A stretch of 53,747 nt of DNA, the filler included, from Catajapyx aquilonaris (lineage: Eukaryota), in NCBI GenBank assembly GCA_000934665.2. It is 2 parts of 2 records of this genome, joined end to end, with 100 filler letters (N's around TTAATTAATTAA, not from the genome) between each part and the next. Parts side by side here need not be neighbours in the genome. Positions count along the whole stretch, not along the records: positions 1 to 26,963 come from JYFJ02005169.1; positions 27,064 to 53,747 come from KZ539299.1. One strand, written 5' to 3'. Position 1 is the first letter of the stretch; each line of letters opens with the position of its first letter. The notes under the pieces are model-generated. The model saw only the letters and a program-made list of their open reading frames with translations. It had not been told where the DNA came from and searched no databases. Below, piece by piece: positions 22,959 through 34,900 of this stretch. The position numbers and the translations under genes were made by a program.

Positions 22959-23247
22959 CCTGCCGGGGCATTTTGCATAAGGTGCTCACCTGAGAGCGCC
23001 ATGAGACCTTTCCCGGAGCAATTATGTGGCGACCATACCGGCCTACGATGAACTTTATAGATACAAAAGGGAAGCGCTACATTGGGGGACCCAACATGGT
23101 CGCCGGCGGCCATGTTGGGCCCGCATTAGCGCTTCCCTTTTGTACCTATAAAGTTCATCGTAGGTCGGTATGGTCGCCACATAATTGCTCCGGGAAAGGT
23201 CTCATGGTGCTCTCAGGTGAGCACCTCCTGCAAAACGCCCTGGCAGG
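22959..23247. repeat. ~290 bp spacer-less palindrome (probable MITE)
   Basis: The arms pair through the centre CGCCGGCG (23101-23108). No clear TSD was seen. Confidence 0.85.
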
Positions 23248-23543
23248 CGATAAGATAAGAACGTAGAGGTAGTGTCCGGGGGCTGATTCAAATGCTTGCT
23301 ACAAGGATGGATCACAGATATATCTGTGGGATGAATTATAAGGCCATTGCGATTCCTATCGGTGTATTGAGGTTGTGAACTAGTTATTACACGGACCACG
23401 TGAATGCCCTTCTAATTAGGGTTAAGAGGCCAAACGTCTTGAAAATGGGTAGAAATTTTGTTTATTTTGTACTCTCCGTGTACTCGATGTTGTAAGAATT
23501 GATATATTTGAATTTGATGTAAGATATCTGGTTCATCCCTGTA

Positions 23544-23890
23544 ATAATAATACTCCAGGTAGTGCTTAGACCTCTCTTGGGGTACTGCACGGACCTTAAT
23601 TATTTACGTGTTGTACAAATTGTACCCAGCTGGAACCTTTAGCGAAGCACCAGGGTCCACGGGCATAGGGATGAGTGGGAGGGGATGTGCAAAGTCTATA
23701 ACGATACATGTTGCGAACTCCCCCGGGTGGATTAGTCGAGCAGAGATTCCACCCAAGATGACAAAGCCAGAGACGATCCAACTCTGCACGAGATGAAGGG
23801 GGGAAAGCCCAGGCTTGGGATCGAACCCAGGACCAATACATTCGTGGGCGTATACGTTGCCGCAGCGCCACTCCGCCTCTCCTCTCGGTC
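23544..23890 (-). mobile_element. tRNA-derived SINE (family B)
   Basis: A-box-like TGGCGCTGCGG, B box GGTTCGATCCC and a (TTA)n tail. TSD CATCCC(T/G)GTA at 23534-23543 and 23891-23900. Confidence 0.75.
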
Positions 23891-23955
23891 CATCCCGGTA
23901 GTTACCAGCAAGGAAGTAAAATAAAAGTAGAATAAAATTGATATATAACACTCAC

Positions 23956-24094
23956 TTATAGAACCCAGGCTGTCATGACGATTTGGACGATATTCATCTG
24001 ATGACGCTGATGTTACATGGTTGGACTCGGCAGATCCAGTGGCATCTTTCGACTCCCACGGACGATAGGCAACTGTTGGATCTTGATCACTCAT
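23956..24094 (-). CDS. RNF111: Arkadia/RNF111-like first recognisable coding exon (MSDQDPTVAYRPWE...)
   Basis: Acceptor TTTTGTCAGCAG lies just upstream. The phase-1 donor A|GTGAGT matches the exon 2 acceptor. The true start could lie in an upstream exon. Confidence 0.68.
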
Positions 24095-25807
24095 TGCAGC
24101 ATGAGTATCTGCTGACAAAAGTTTTTAAAATATCATTACATCACATCTTTTAGCAGGCCATCAACCTATTCATTTTAAAAAACAGCAAGTAAAAGGTGAA
24201 TGACCTTCCAAGGTTGGAGGAGGATCAAAAATTACTGCTGGCACTTATCCAAAGGGCAAAGGGGATAAGTGATTACAAGTGTCTTTCAATTGAAGTATTG
24301 TAGGGGTTGACAATTTTTTGGCACTAAGCTGCTTATTATTAATAAATTAATATATTGTGCAGATACTTTTGTGGGCTATAATAAATATCTGCCAATATGA
24401 GGTTCAATAGCTAAGTTACTCCATCAGTAGCAAAGGAGACAAACTGACCTCTGCAGGCTACCGTGTTATGCAGTCCTGGGACAGAGTTTCGGAGAGAGAA
24501 ATCAGACATTTTAAATCTGGAATTCCAAATTGTTGTTCATGTTAATGGAAGGTGAAGGCAGCCTTCAAGGTATGGTGCAGTGGCTAAGTGGTGCCATATA
24601 TTGGCAGTAGCCATTGCTAGGGCAAGGCTGCATGTGCAGGTGTAGCGCTGTGTCCAAATCTACAAACATAGAGCATCCAAAGGTGCAAGATATTCCTAAC
24701 ACTCCCCTTTTGAGCCCTAGGTGGCCTAGGGAAAGACTCTGCAGCTACATTAATTATTCCAACTTTTCACACCCCCCCCCCCCNCCCCCGCCTCCCATCT
24801 TCCCCAAGAGTCGCCCTGAAGAAATGTACAGGTGTCAGGTATGATTTGCCCCCTCCCCCAAAGTGGGTCTGGCATATTTCACGTTCCCTTTGGGTCTGGC
24901 ATGTAAGAACTAATAAATCATCAGGCTGACAATGATTAGCATTTACATTTCTTAATAACAAGTATCAATGCAATGTTGCACTATGAGGAAATAATAGTAG
25001 AATCTGCCAAAAATCATCAAAATTGCAATATTTGACCTCATATACCTCCGTGTGGGGCTGAATCTATTTTCTATTCCTTTATACCCTTAAAAGCAGCTCT
25101 TCCAGTGTGTTTCAATGTCATGAAACATTCATGCCCTCCAGCACAAAATGGGAGCTATGATTTTCAAAAATAACACTGGGGAACACACATTTTGATGCCT
25201 TGAATGTTACACCTGTTTTTGGGTATATTCGTGGCGCTGATTCCAAAACTGGCTTCAGTTTTGCTCCATCACGTCTAGTTTTAGAGATACACCATATTCA
25301 CCTTATATGCTCATTCTACACGTCTTGCATCCAAATTTGTGATACTTAAGCGGCATGGTCCATTATTTTTGATATTATTTAGACAAAAATTGATCCTAAC
25401 AAACTATTAAAACAGCCACATATTACTAAATCAGTTTATTTCAACCCACAATGCATATCAATGGTCACAAATTAGGATTGAATCTCCGTTTAAAGGACTT
25501 CCTTGCATGACCTCTATCAGGACAGTCCCGCTGAAGGTTCCAGCAGTAATCTGCCATCATGTGGGTTTCCCACATTTCCTGCCAACAACACGGGCAGGAC
25601 AGGGGTTTTAGCCAACCAACAAGATGGCCGCCTTTGTTGTGATGACGTAGCATTAAAAGGTCCATTGCATTCCAGGTAGGTGTACATAAGTCTGGCAACT
25701 GTGTCAACTTGCCAATCAGGTAACTGGACCCGTAGGATTATACCTGAAACATGCTTTGGAGGTAGGCAAATGGGACAAATTGCTGAACTTGAGACCCTGG
25801 GACTGTA

Positions 25808-26090
25808 CTATGCTGGACATTAATTCCGTCTTACTGCTAACGACATTTTCCAATGTGGCAGAAGTGCAAAGCAAGTGATGGAGTGTGAACCGTGTGAGTA
25901 AGAAATGGTAGGCCTTGTGTGACGTCACTGGATGTGGACAAGTTTGTTTTCTCCATTGCCCCCAGCTAGTGACGTCACCAAAGACCTACCACTTCTTACT
26001 CGCATGGCTCTCACTCCATCAATTCGCTTAGCACTTCTGTCACATCGGAAAATGTTGCTAGCAGTACGACGGAATTAATGTCCAGCAATG
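25808..26090. mobile_element. Old palindromic TA-flanked MITE carrying two TGACGTCA sites
   Basis: TA|CTATGCTGGACATTAATTCCGTC ... GACGGAATTAATGTCCAGCAATG|TA, with diverged arms of about 120 bp. Confidence 0.75.
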
Positions 26091-26560
26091 TACCATTTTC
26101 CTATGTCTCATATTGATATGGGAGTATCCCAAGCAGGTACGGTCGTATAATCCTCCCCTCTCACTCTCTCTGTGCCTTTGCCCTCATCCTATTGCATCCC
26201 CGTCACCTTTCCTGTTATTTCTCTCCCCAATAACCTTAGCAGCACTCAGCACACAAGGCGGGGATCTACAGTTAGAGTGAAAACCCAATGGCCCTGCTGA
26301 TAAACTGCTGACTACCTTGCTTGTCACTGATGGGCAAGGCCATCGTGATATGTACACTTGAACTTGCTTAACCTCATTCCCTGCTAGTGAACTGCTAGTG
26401 AACTTTTTGGTCAATCCTTCCGCCGCAGGCCGGGTTGTGATCTGCCCCGAAAGTAGTACGCATTTGTTCTCTCCGTAAGGACAGCAGTCAGCTGCGAGCC
26501 AGGGTGGAAAATAAGGACAGAGGAGTAACAGCGTGGGAATTAAAGCGGCGTTCAGAAGAG

Positions 26561-26663
26561 GCAACCTGAAATACACGGAGAGAATAGGAAGTTGCAGCAA
26601 CCCAAAAAATGCTGCAACTTTTCTGCAACCAGGTTCCTATTCTCTCCGTGTATTTCTGGTTGC
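26561..26663. repeat. ~100 bp hairpin in the GC-rich putative promoter region
   Basis: GCAACCTGAAATACACGGAGAGAATAGGAA pairs with TTCCTATTCTCTCCGTGTATTTCTGGTTGC; inner stem AGTTGCAGCA/TGCTGCAACT. Confidence 0.8.
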
Positions 26664-26963
26664 AGCCACGTTGCTGCAACCAAGTTGCCTCATCTGAACG
26701 CCGCTGTAGGCAGTTAGGGTTCGCGCTAGTGATTGGAACACCATTGGAAGCTGTGTGGACAGGGAAACGACTCGGTAGGCACGGGATATCAGTGGATGAG
26801 GAACTCATGCGGTAAGGTCCGGCAGCAGAACGAGCACATTTTCCAGGTTCCGTCATGCCGCCGGCTCAGGGGGAAAAAAGGGGGAGGAAGGAACCTCGGC
26901 ATGGTGCAGATTCTCAGCGTCGTGTTGCCAGTGGGGGATCTATGGGGGGTGATTAACCCCCCC

Positions 26964-27063
26964 NNNNNNNNNNNNNNNNNNNNNNNNNNNNNNNNNNNNN
27001 NNNNNNNTTAATTAATTAANNNNNNNNNNNNNNNNNNNNNNNNNNNNNNNNNNNNNNNNNNNN
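26964..27063. other. Artificial 100-bp contig-joining spacer with six-frame stop linker
   Basis: 44 N + TTAATTAATTAA (27008-27019) + 44 N. The 12-mer is palindromic and has TAA in all frames. Confidence 0.95.
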
Positions 27064-30000
27064 CCCCCTTCTCATCCCTAAACCCCCCGATGCTGATACA
27101 GCCGCTAAACCTAAACGCAGTCGAGGGAAGATTCCAACCCTCCCCTTGGCCCCCACCTCCCAGCCCTTCAACCCCGCCAGGCCCCGCTCTTCAAATTACT
27201 TTCCGAGAGATTTGCAGCGAATCGAGTTGTAATCACGCCAAGCAGCAAGTTGGGAGGATTTGGGGCGCAATTTTGGTGGGTCCGTCCTCCTTTGCACTGC
27301 ACCTGCAGTCTGCACTCCGCCCCCTTCAAGACCGCAGCCTAACTTGATATCTACCCCTAGAGTTTCAGGTGCGATCGATGCCCTTAATCTATGGGCTACG
27401 TTTTTGTTTCTTCTCGACTGATGCGAATATGGACTTTGGACAGTACATCCCCCTCTCAATCCATGGCGTCGAATGGCCATTAGCTCCTGGTAATTGATGG
27501 CTGGCAGTTCTCAGACACAGGATTTGTGTCGCGGCACCGCTGCTAATTAATGAATTACTATTGGCTTGTATACCCATGTGGAATACCAGTTGTGATCAAT
27601 ACACTCCACGGGCGAGCCCTCACCCCTTTGCCTCTATAAAAAGCCCTACTCTCTCGCTCCGTGGCTTCAGAAGGGGTACTCTCAAAATATAAGCTAATTA
27701 TGCTACGTATCGTGCCATTTAATGTTCTTCCAGCGTCACCTAAAAAGGTCAATTGGTGCGCTCTAGTTGGCCTGGACAAAGCGATTGGGCTCAAAAGCAA
27801 AAATATAATTCGCGGGGTGGCTGCTGCTGCTGGGAACATCCACAGTACAGCCCTTCCATAGTTAATTGAATTGTAGGCTATAGCAATGGCCCAGAGACAG
27901 CTAGCTACAGAGAGGGAGAGAGCAGCAGCAGAGCTGGCTTTTTCACCGGAGGTACTCCAGCCCACATGGCGTTTCCATAAAAAGCCCGGCTGCCCGGATT
28001 TCTATTTGGCAACACCAATGATCCAGCCTTGATCAAGTGTCTGATTTGACGTGTGAAAAATCATAAGTACCCGCCCGCAATCAACCTGGCGTGCAAAAAG
28101 GCAGCCAGGGCTTCTCCTTATCGTGCAGAAAAACATAAAAGCAAGCCCCCTTTCCGCCAAATTACGTATTAACCTTGTTATTTGCTCTCCACCTCCTAGA
28201 GCTCCAGTCGCATTCTTTGCTGATAACTTGGTTGTTTTCAGGCGGGTTATTGCATTCCCAAACAGCAGCGCTGCTTTTCCGAAGTAAATTGCCTAGTAAT
28301 CTAATTACCCAACAGCCCATAGTGCAGGCCGCCGGGGAAACAACCTAGACTTCTTATCCTGATGCCAAGTCACCCCCTCAGGCTTCCTCAACGGTCCTGA
28401 CAACCAATGCGCAGCGACTCCAAGCCACAGGGTTCGCAACTTCACTCATATAACGAGCAGGTTCCGCCCTATATTACATGCTCCGTATTTTCTTCCTCAT
28501 GATGGAGATGGCTGGAGATGCTATATATGATCATATAACTTTATATACGGTTTTATGCTGTGACTCACATTGTGTATTGCACAATGTACCGTACTATACA
28601 CAGTGCAAGCACTGCTTGATTGGGTGTTTGTAGGTTGGAGCCGTGTCACCGAAGTGACCGAAGTGGTCAGAGTGACGCTGCTCCATCGACTAGACCCCAC
28701 TTTTGCCTGCCTACTTGTTGGATTGGTATCGACGGTTAGCAATTATTGGCGAATTTCTCCGTGAAACTTACGCCTATTTACCAGTTATTAGTTTCCTACC
28801 TGCTAAAGGCACACCATGTGTGAAATCGTAGCTCGTTTTCAGCGGATTTTTGCTTTTGCGAATGTTCCATGCCGTTTATTGCTGCATATGCCTGAAGTGT
28901 AATCAATGCATGGGAATATTAAAGGTACGAACTCAATATCTAGAGCGCATAAAATGCAATATTCCAGACTACAAATTCCACCTGAATCACGCAAAATACC
29001 TTCCTTCAGCATACGAGATCCCCCCCCCCCCCNCCCCCCAAGCAATTGTCCGAACCTGTGTGTGTGGTGTCCCGTATTAAGCGATTCCCTAACGAATCCT
29101 GTGAGCCGGTTCGACAATCAGGTCACCTTGTTCTGCTGCCCACGTACCGCATTTGGCTAATGTCCTTGCCCAGTACGGAAGCAAAGTCTGGAGTACCAAA
29201 GTCTCAAGGCTTCGTGACATCACAACCCAGGCTAGAAAAGCCCCTGAGGCAAGCCGTCATTAGAAGCACACAACGTGCTTGCAAGTCAATCCACTTCCCT
29301 AATCCTTTGCTGGGTGCGATTCTGTCAGGCGTGTTTTATGTTACCTTGCGACTTTTTTCCCCCCCTCCCCCGACCTGTCGTATCGGATGTCGCTAGTCCT
29401 CTTTCACACTGCCTGCGTCCTTTTGATTAGGCCAATATTCCCGCTTCTTCCAGCCTCATAAAAACCGGATTCGACTTGAGCCCGGATTCTCCTTATCACC
29501 CACCTACCTGTCGCTCATGTTGAAAAGGGGAACTGTTGTTCGGCCCTTAAAGACACTAAATAACTTCCCCTACCGCGCGCCAATTTTCACCTGGCTGATT
29601 TTCATGTGCAAATAGCTCCTTCAAAGGGCTAGAGGTCGGCTCACTCACACGCCAGAGACAAAGCCGGGGTCCACTCTACAAACCAAACCCACATTAAATG
29701 ACAAATCAAATCGATTCCGGGTGTGGGATCCCGGTAGACGCCACAAGAATGGGGGGTTGTTTAGAGAATTATTCACACTTGTTGACTGCATATCCCTCTC
29801 GCGTAAAAAGTGCGTGATGCGTGAAACTCATCACTCGGGTGCTCCTGTAATGGATGCTCAGCCTATTCGGACATGAACAATGGGCAGTAAACGCCTCGAT
29901 TGCAATCAATTATCCAGCTAATGATCGGCTTTCACTTGGCTCGCTCCCAACTTCACGACTTTTGCGGACCGGAAAACAGAGGCCAATTCCCTCTCATAAA

Positions 30001-31913
30001 TTCGATGGGAGGGGGTGGAGGGGAGGGGGGAAAAAATCCTGGCAATATATACATGGTGTCCGAATTTGCATACAAATTGCGCCTGACAGATCTCACTTTA
30101 TCCACACGGATATTTGCAGTATTGACATCTGGTACACTGGGTAATCCGTTATTTATTTCCCCATCGGCTAAGCGGGCTAGGCATTATTTTTCCCGACACA
30201 TTCCTACGCGCCAGCGATTAATGTTCATTAAACGGCAAAATATATCTTGTCGCTCTCAACCTGAAAAGATGAGTCGCATTATGACACTGATGAATGTATC
30301 AGTTCGACGTTATTACTCTGTTTCTCGCTTCCAACCTGACATTATCGTCTCTCTCTCTTTTTTTCAGTTTTCTCTGCCAATACCGACCCGTCCGAAATAT
30401 ATCAAAAACGGTACTCTTCCCAACTTCAAAGTACTGCACGTTATTGTAAAATGAAACACGTTCATTAAACCGGTCCGTCCCTTCCGTGTATAACCCAAAC
30501 CCTGTATTGAAGTGCTAATTTATTTCGCTCTGACGGGACCTGCCTTCCATTCTAATTACATGTCGTTACGTGCTCCAATTCACAAAAGAGGGTACCTTTG
30601 CACTTGCCACGTACTTTTTCATACACCAAATTTTTTTCCCCCCTCCTGTCATCAGCAGATGCCCCTCCGTACAATGAATGTGGAGTTGTCGGACAACCTG
30701 GAATCCAGTACGTGCGGTCGACAGAAATACCGTCTCAGATTCTTCACTCATGTTTCACCCTCCCCGAGTTTCTATCTCCCAAGCTGAATGTGCGATTCTC
30801 ACACACAAGTATATCCTCAATGGGCTGCAAATAGTGTCTGGAACTGGTCCGGATTGCAGACGTGTGTCACAGTTGAGCACCAATAACCCCGGGACATGAC
30901 AGCGCCTCCTTAAGTGGCCCGAGATCCCAGACTGAATTCCAGTCCCCATTTCCATGTCGCGCGTCCCCTTATGTCTCAGATCTTCCTCCTTTTTTTTTTT
31001 TTTCCTCTTTCCTCTCCCTACATTTTCTTCCTTTCATTATCCCGTTTCCTGGCAGCACCAGCCAGCACAGGGAATTTTTACCTCTTGAGACAGAGAGGAA
31101 GCAGCACTCTCGGCCTTGGTTTGCTTCTCCAAATCATTTTATCTCATTCCATTTTAAATGACGGTCTCTTCCCGCCTTTTAGACCCCATAATTATGCATC
31201 AGGAAGGAGCAGAAATTCAGTTATATCTGCAGCCGCATTCGCCATTGACTTGCTTTTCTTCGGATGCTTTTGCTAGGTGAAATGCGGCGCGCAACGTCCA
31301 AGTGCTGCTATAGCCAAAGTAATATTTAATTACCACTCCCTAAGGGCTTTTACACAGGCATTTGTATTCAACTTGCACCACTACTGCGCCATTATATTCC
31401 ATTTGCCCTTTTACCAAACTATCTGCAAAGCCTCTACGGTAATTTCAATGATAAACGTGGGTCCGCTCCTTTTTTTTCGACCAGAAGAAGTCCGATCTAT
31501 TGTTACAATTCCGCTGCGGTCGGCACTTACTTCGCCATATACCACCCAACCTATATAGCACTTCAGACTATAGCTAAGAATAAACGCCCTTCCAGCATAT
31601 CATTTTCCTACGTCACTGGCCCTTCATTAACGACGAACCGAATTGCGTTTTTTAAGATAACCCCGCTTGTCGTATAAGAGCTGACACTGCACATCAAAGA
31701 ACTATTAATATACATCCGGGAGGTCTTTCGAAATGAGATGCAGAAATGGCGCAAGAAGAGGGTGATCAAAGGCGGCGAAAGGTGCTCTTTTCCATCAGAT
31801 CCCTACTAATCCCCAAGTTGAATCGTGATGAACAGGTGGGGAGGGTGGGATGAAGAGGAAAGAGAAATAAGGAATTTCAGAATATACACAAGGAAATCCC
31901 AGTCTCTTTTTTT

Positions 31914-31915
<2 letters not shown>

Positions 31916-31952
<37 letters not shown>
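31916..31952. repeat. (CT)n microsatellite within a pyrimidine tract
   Basis: Directly visible CT run. Confidence 0.95.
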
Positions 31953-31953
<1 letters not shown>

Positions 31954-34900
31954 TCTTCCCCCTCCTCCTCCTCTCCCTCGTCGTCCATGAAAGTTTCATG
32001 CGGTGGAAGGAATCAAGACCATGGAAACAAGATTTCCCCAGAGAGCTACAGACTTGGGTTGCCAGGAGGACAGCAGGGAATTTGCACCGACTATGGCTAC
32101 ATAATGCCCTCAGCTTTATTCCTCTTCTCCTCTATGAAAGTTTTAGCTTCCCGACTCACCACATATTCCCCAGCTCTCACCCCCCTTTTGGACCTTGTTG
32201 CTGTGACATGTGTTAATACGGTCGCAATATTATATAAAAAGAAGAGCAGCCGGAGGATGAACTGGGGGGTTGGGCGTCGGCTTTCATAAATTGCTTTAAA
32301 AGGAGGTAATTATGTTGTGCCTGTAAAGCCGGATTTTTACCATGGAGTGGAACTCTACATTTTATTAATGTTGATATCCTGCACTATAATTATATCCTGG
32401 ATTTTGGGCGTTTCAATGTTTAAAAGTGAACTCCTCCCTCGACTACAGAAAAAAAGGCTGATTCCATAAAAAGCCACCCCTCGACATGAAATCAATAGGA
32501 TTCATCGATCGCTATTCTCTCACCTTACTGATCGATTCAACTTTGGCAGAGGCTTTATATTTCTTACACCCCCACATAAGGCTGCTGCACCTCCACTCGC
32601 CTAATGCCTGGAGCGGTCATAAAATAAATACCAACACTTTTGCCATACTCCGTCCTTATGATTACCAAAAAACCAGCTATTATTCCGTCCGGTTAACAAC
32701 GACCAGCCACAAGTTTGGAGGACAGTAAATAATCATTTCGTTTATACCCTCTGGAGATATTATACAGAGAGAGTTTTACGATGCCACTCTTGACGTCACA
32801 ATTGCTTGTTACGTACCTTTATGGCACCCTAGTTAACCTTTGGTGCCCGAATCTTTTCCACTGTAAGGTCATATTATGTGCAATTATCACCCGCTCAAGA
32901 TTACACCCTGGACGTGGAATCATCACGGCTAAGACATAATATTCAACACGTCTCTATTTTGTATCAAGTTTTATAACTCGACCAGCCGCTGCACACCACG
33001 TTTCTCTTCTCTTATTGGAGCCACGAATTTCTTTTTTGGTGCTCCACCAAGTGGATGCTGACTGACATTTAGCATTTCTTGCCTAAAGGGCTTTCACCCT
33101 TTACAAATGTGTAGCGTCAGCAGATAAGAAAAGTTGCAAAAGGAGTTTCAGGGTTCGATTTCGCACGACGATAGCGGCACATTGTTGCTCATCAGTCAAG
33201 GCGTCAGACAAACGATGCAATGCTCCTTTTGCACACCCACAAAAAAAGCATTTTTTTTCTCTGCTTCTCCCGCTTTTCTTGATAATTCTTTGCAGCTTTC
33301 CAGCAACTGCTGCCAAGTACTACAGTAGTACACCGGAACTCAAAGACCATTCAGATTGTTCCAGTTTGCCTAAAGAAAACTAACAATGACAACGTTAAGA
33401 ATTGAAACTGAGACCATTGATTCAGTAACCTTTCTAAATTTCCAGTGTGTACTTTTAAGTTCTATATCAGGTTACCAAATGCATAATTCAAAAGCGCATA
33501 CTGTTTACAACATGTGTTACCCAAAGCAGCCTGTGTGAGTATACAGTCTCCAGACACCCCACGATGCAAATAGTATAGCTAGTTACACTGCTGAATTCCA
33601 TAAGTTACCCTCGTTAGCATGTATTACAGAAGTTTGCACGGGTTGCTGGAATCACCCTGTAGAAACATTACAGCACAGTCAACCATGTACTACAGTTTTT
33701 CATTTCAGACCGCCTCCTTGTTTCGAACTTGGCCATCGCCGCGCCGGTGGGCCTTAAAATAGTAAACTGGGCTAAACAAAGTCTTCCCATTTTCAGCAAG
33801 CCACCGAAGAATAAGCATAAAACTGGCTCAGGTCATCAACCCAGATCATTGAAAAAGTATCGATTGCAATGCAGCACAGCGTGAAGTCACGAATGCAGTC
33901 ACGAGAAACCGGAGTGGCCCAGAATGAGTCACGTGCATTATTTTCGACATGTCCGCGACACCAGACAGGATAATTAGCACCGTAATATACCCATTTCCAT
34001 TCTTCGATTTTGGGCAGCTATATGTCTTCACCTGGACACGTATTACGTAATTACGTCCAACCAGATGAAACTGTGGCGGAAAGCATTCCTCGGTACTGAT
34101 GGTCATGTCGCAAAGAGGGACAAGGACACATCAGGGCGGGGTCAGTAGGGGAACGCCCGAGGTGTTGCTTCCAGTATAAATGTCCCCAAATGTGCAGGTT
34201 GGGATCATGGAGCTTTCAGACGGGGGAAAAAACCATGGAAGTGTTCCACTGGCCCGTTAGTGAATATTTTATTCCTCCAAATGCGGCAGCCATGTTACCT
34301 TAGCCCCAAGTTTTTCACACCAGAATGCACCTACCATCAGTGTCAGCGCCGCTAGATGAATTGGCTTGCTCAAACCAACTTCCCACTTACATGATTACAC
34401 TTCTTTTGATACGTTTTCTTTGAAGGCTCGCCAATTTTGCTGACTAACGACCGCAACACACGATAGACTCCCCCCCAAAACTTTCTTCTTTTTTTTTACT
34501 TAATTAGCGCATCTCCCATCAGGATCCGACTTTTCAGTCACCTTTGCCCACCTTTGATAAATAATAATATTTTTTTAAAAAAAAACACCAAGATGGAGGC
34601 GCCCAGTAGCCCTGGGAGAGTGTGACGGAGTACTCAGGGGTTCGTCTCACGCGAGCATTGATCCCTTGCACAGCCAAGTTCTCTGTTTGCCTATAGCTTC
34701 CCAACAACCCCTAGCAAAAGTAGGCTATAGCATAGTAGTCTGGATGGCAGGGAGAGGAGGGGAGGGAAGGATCCTCTCCCTCTTCCTTCGCTCAAGATCC
34801 CCAAATCGATGGCCTGGACAAACCCGCAGCACGCACACGCAACGTTGCTGCCTCCCTATCTCGTTTCAGCATTTTGCTCTAGCTCTATTCTGTCTACACG

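Noticed and set aside
27008..27019. TTAATTAATTAA as a homeodomain site or piggyBac target
   Set aside because: Synthetic spacer embedded in symmetric N runs.
29900..30454. 184-aa ORF, and similar 150-180 aa ORFs at 31825 and 43600
   Set aside because: They lie antisense within Appl introns, have non-ATG or low-complexity starts, and show no domain motifs or splice support.
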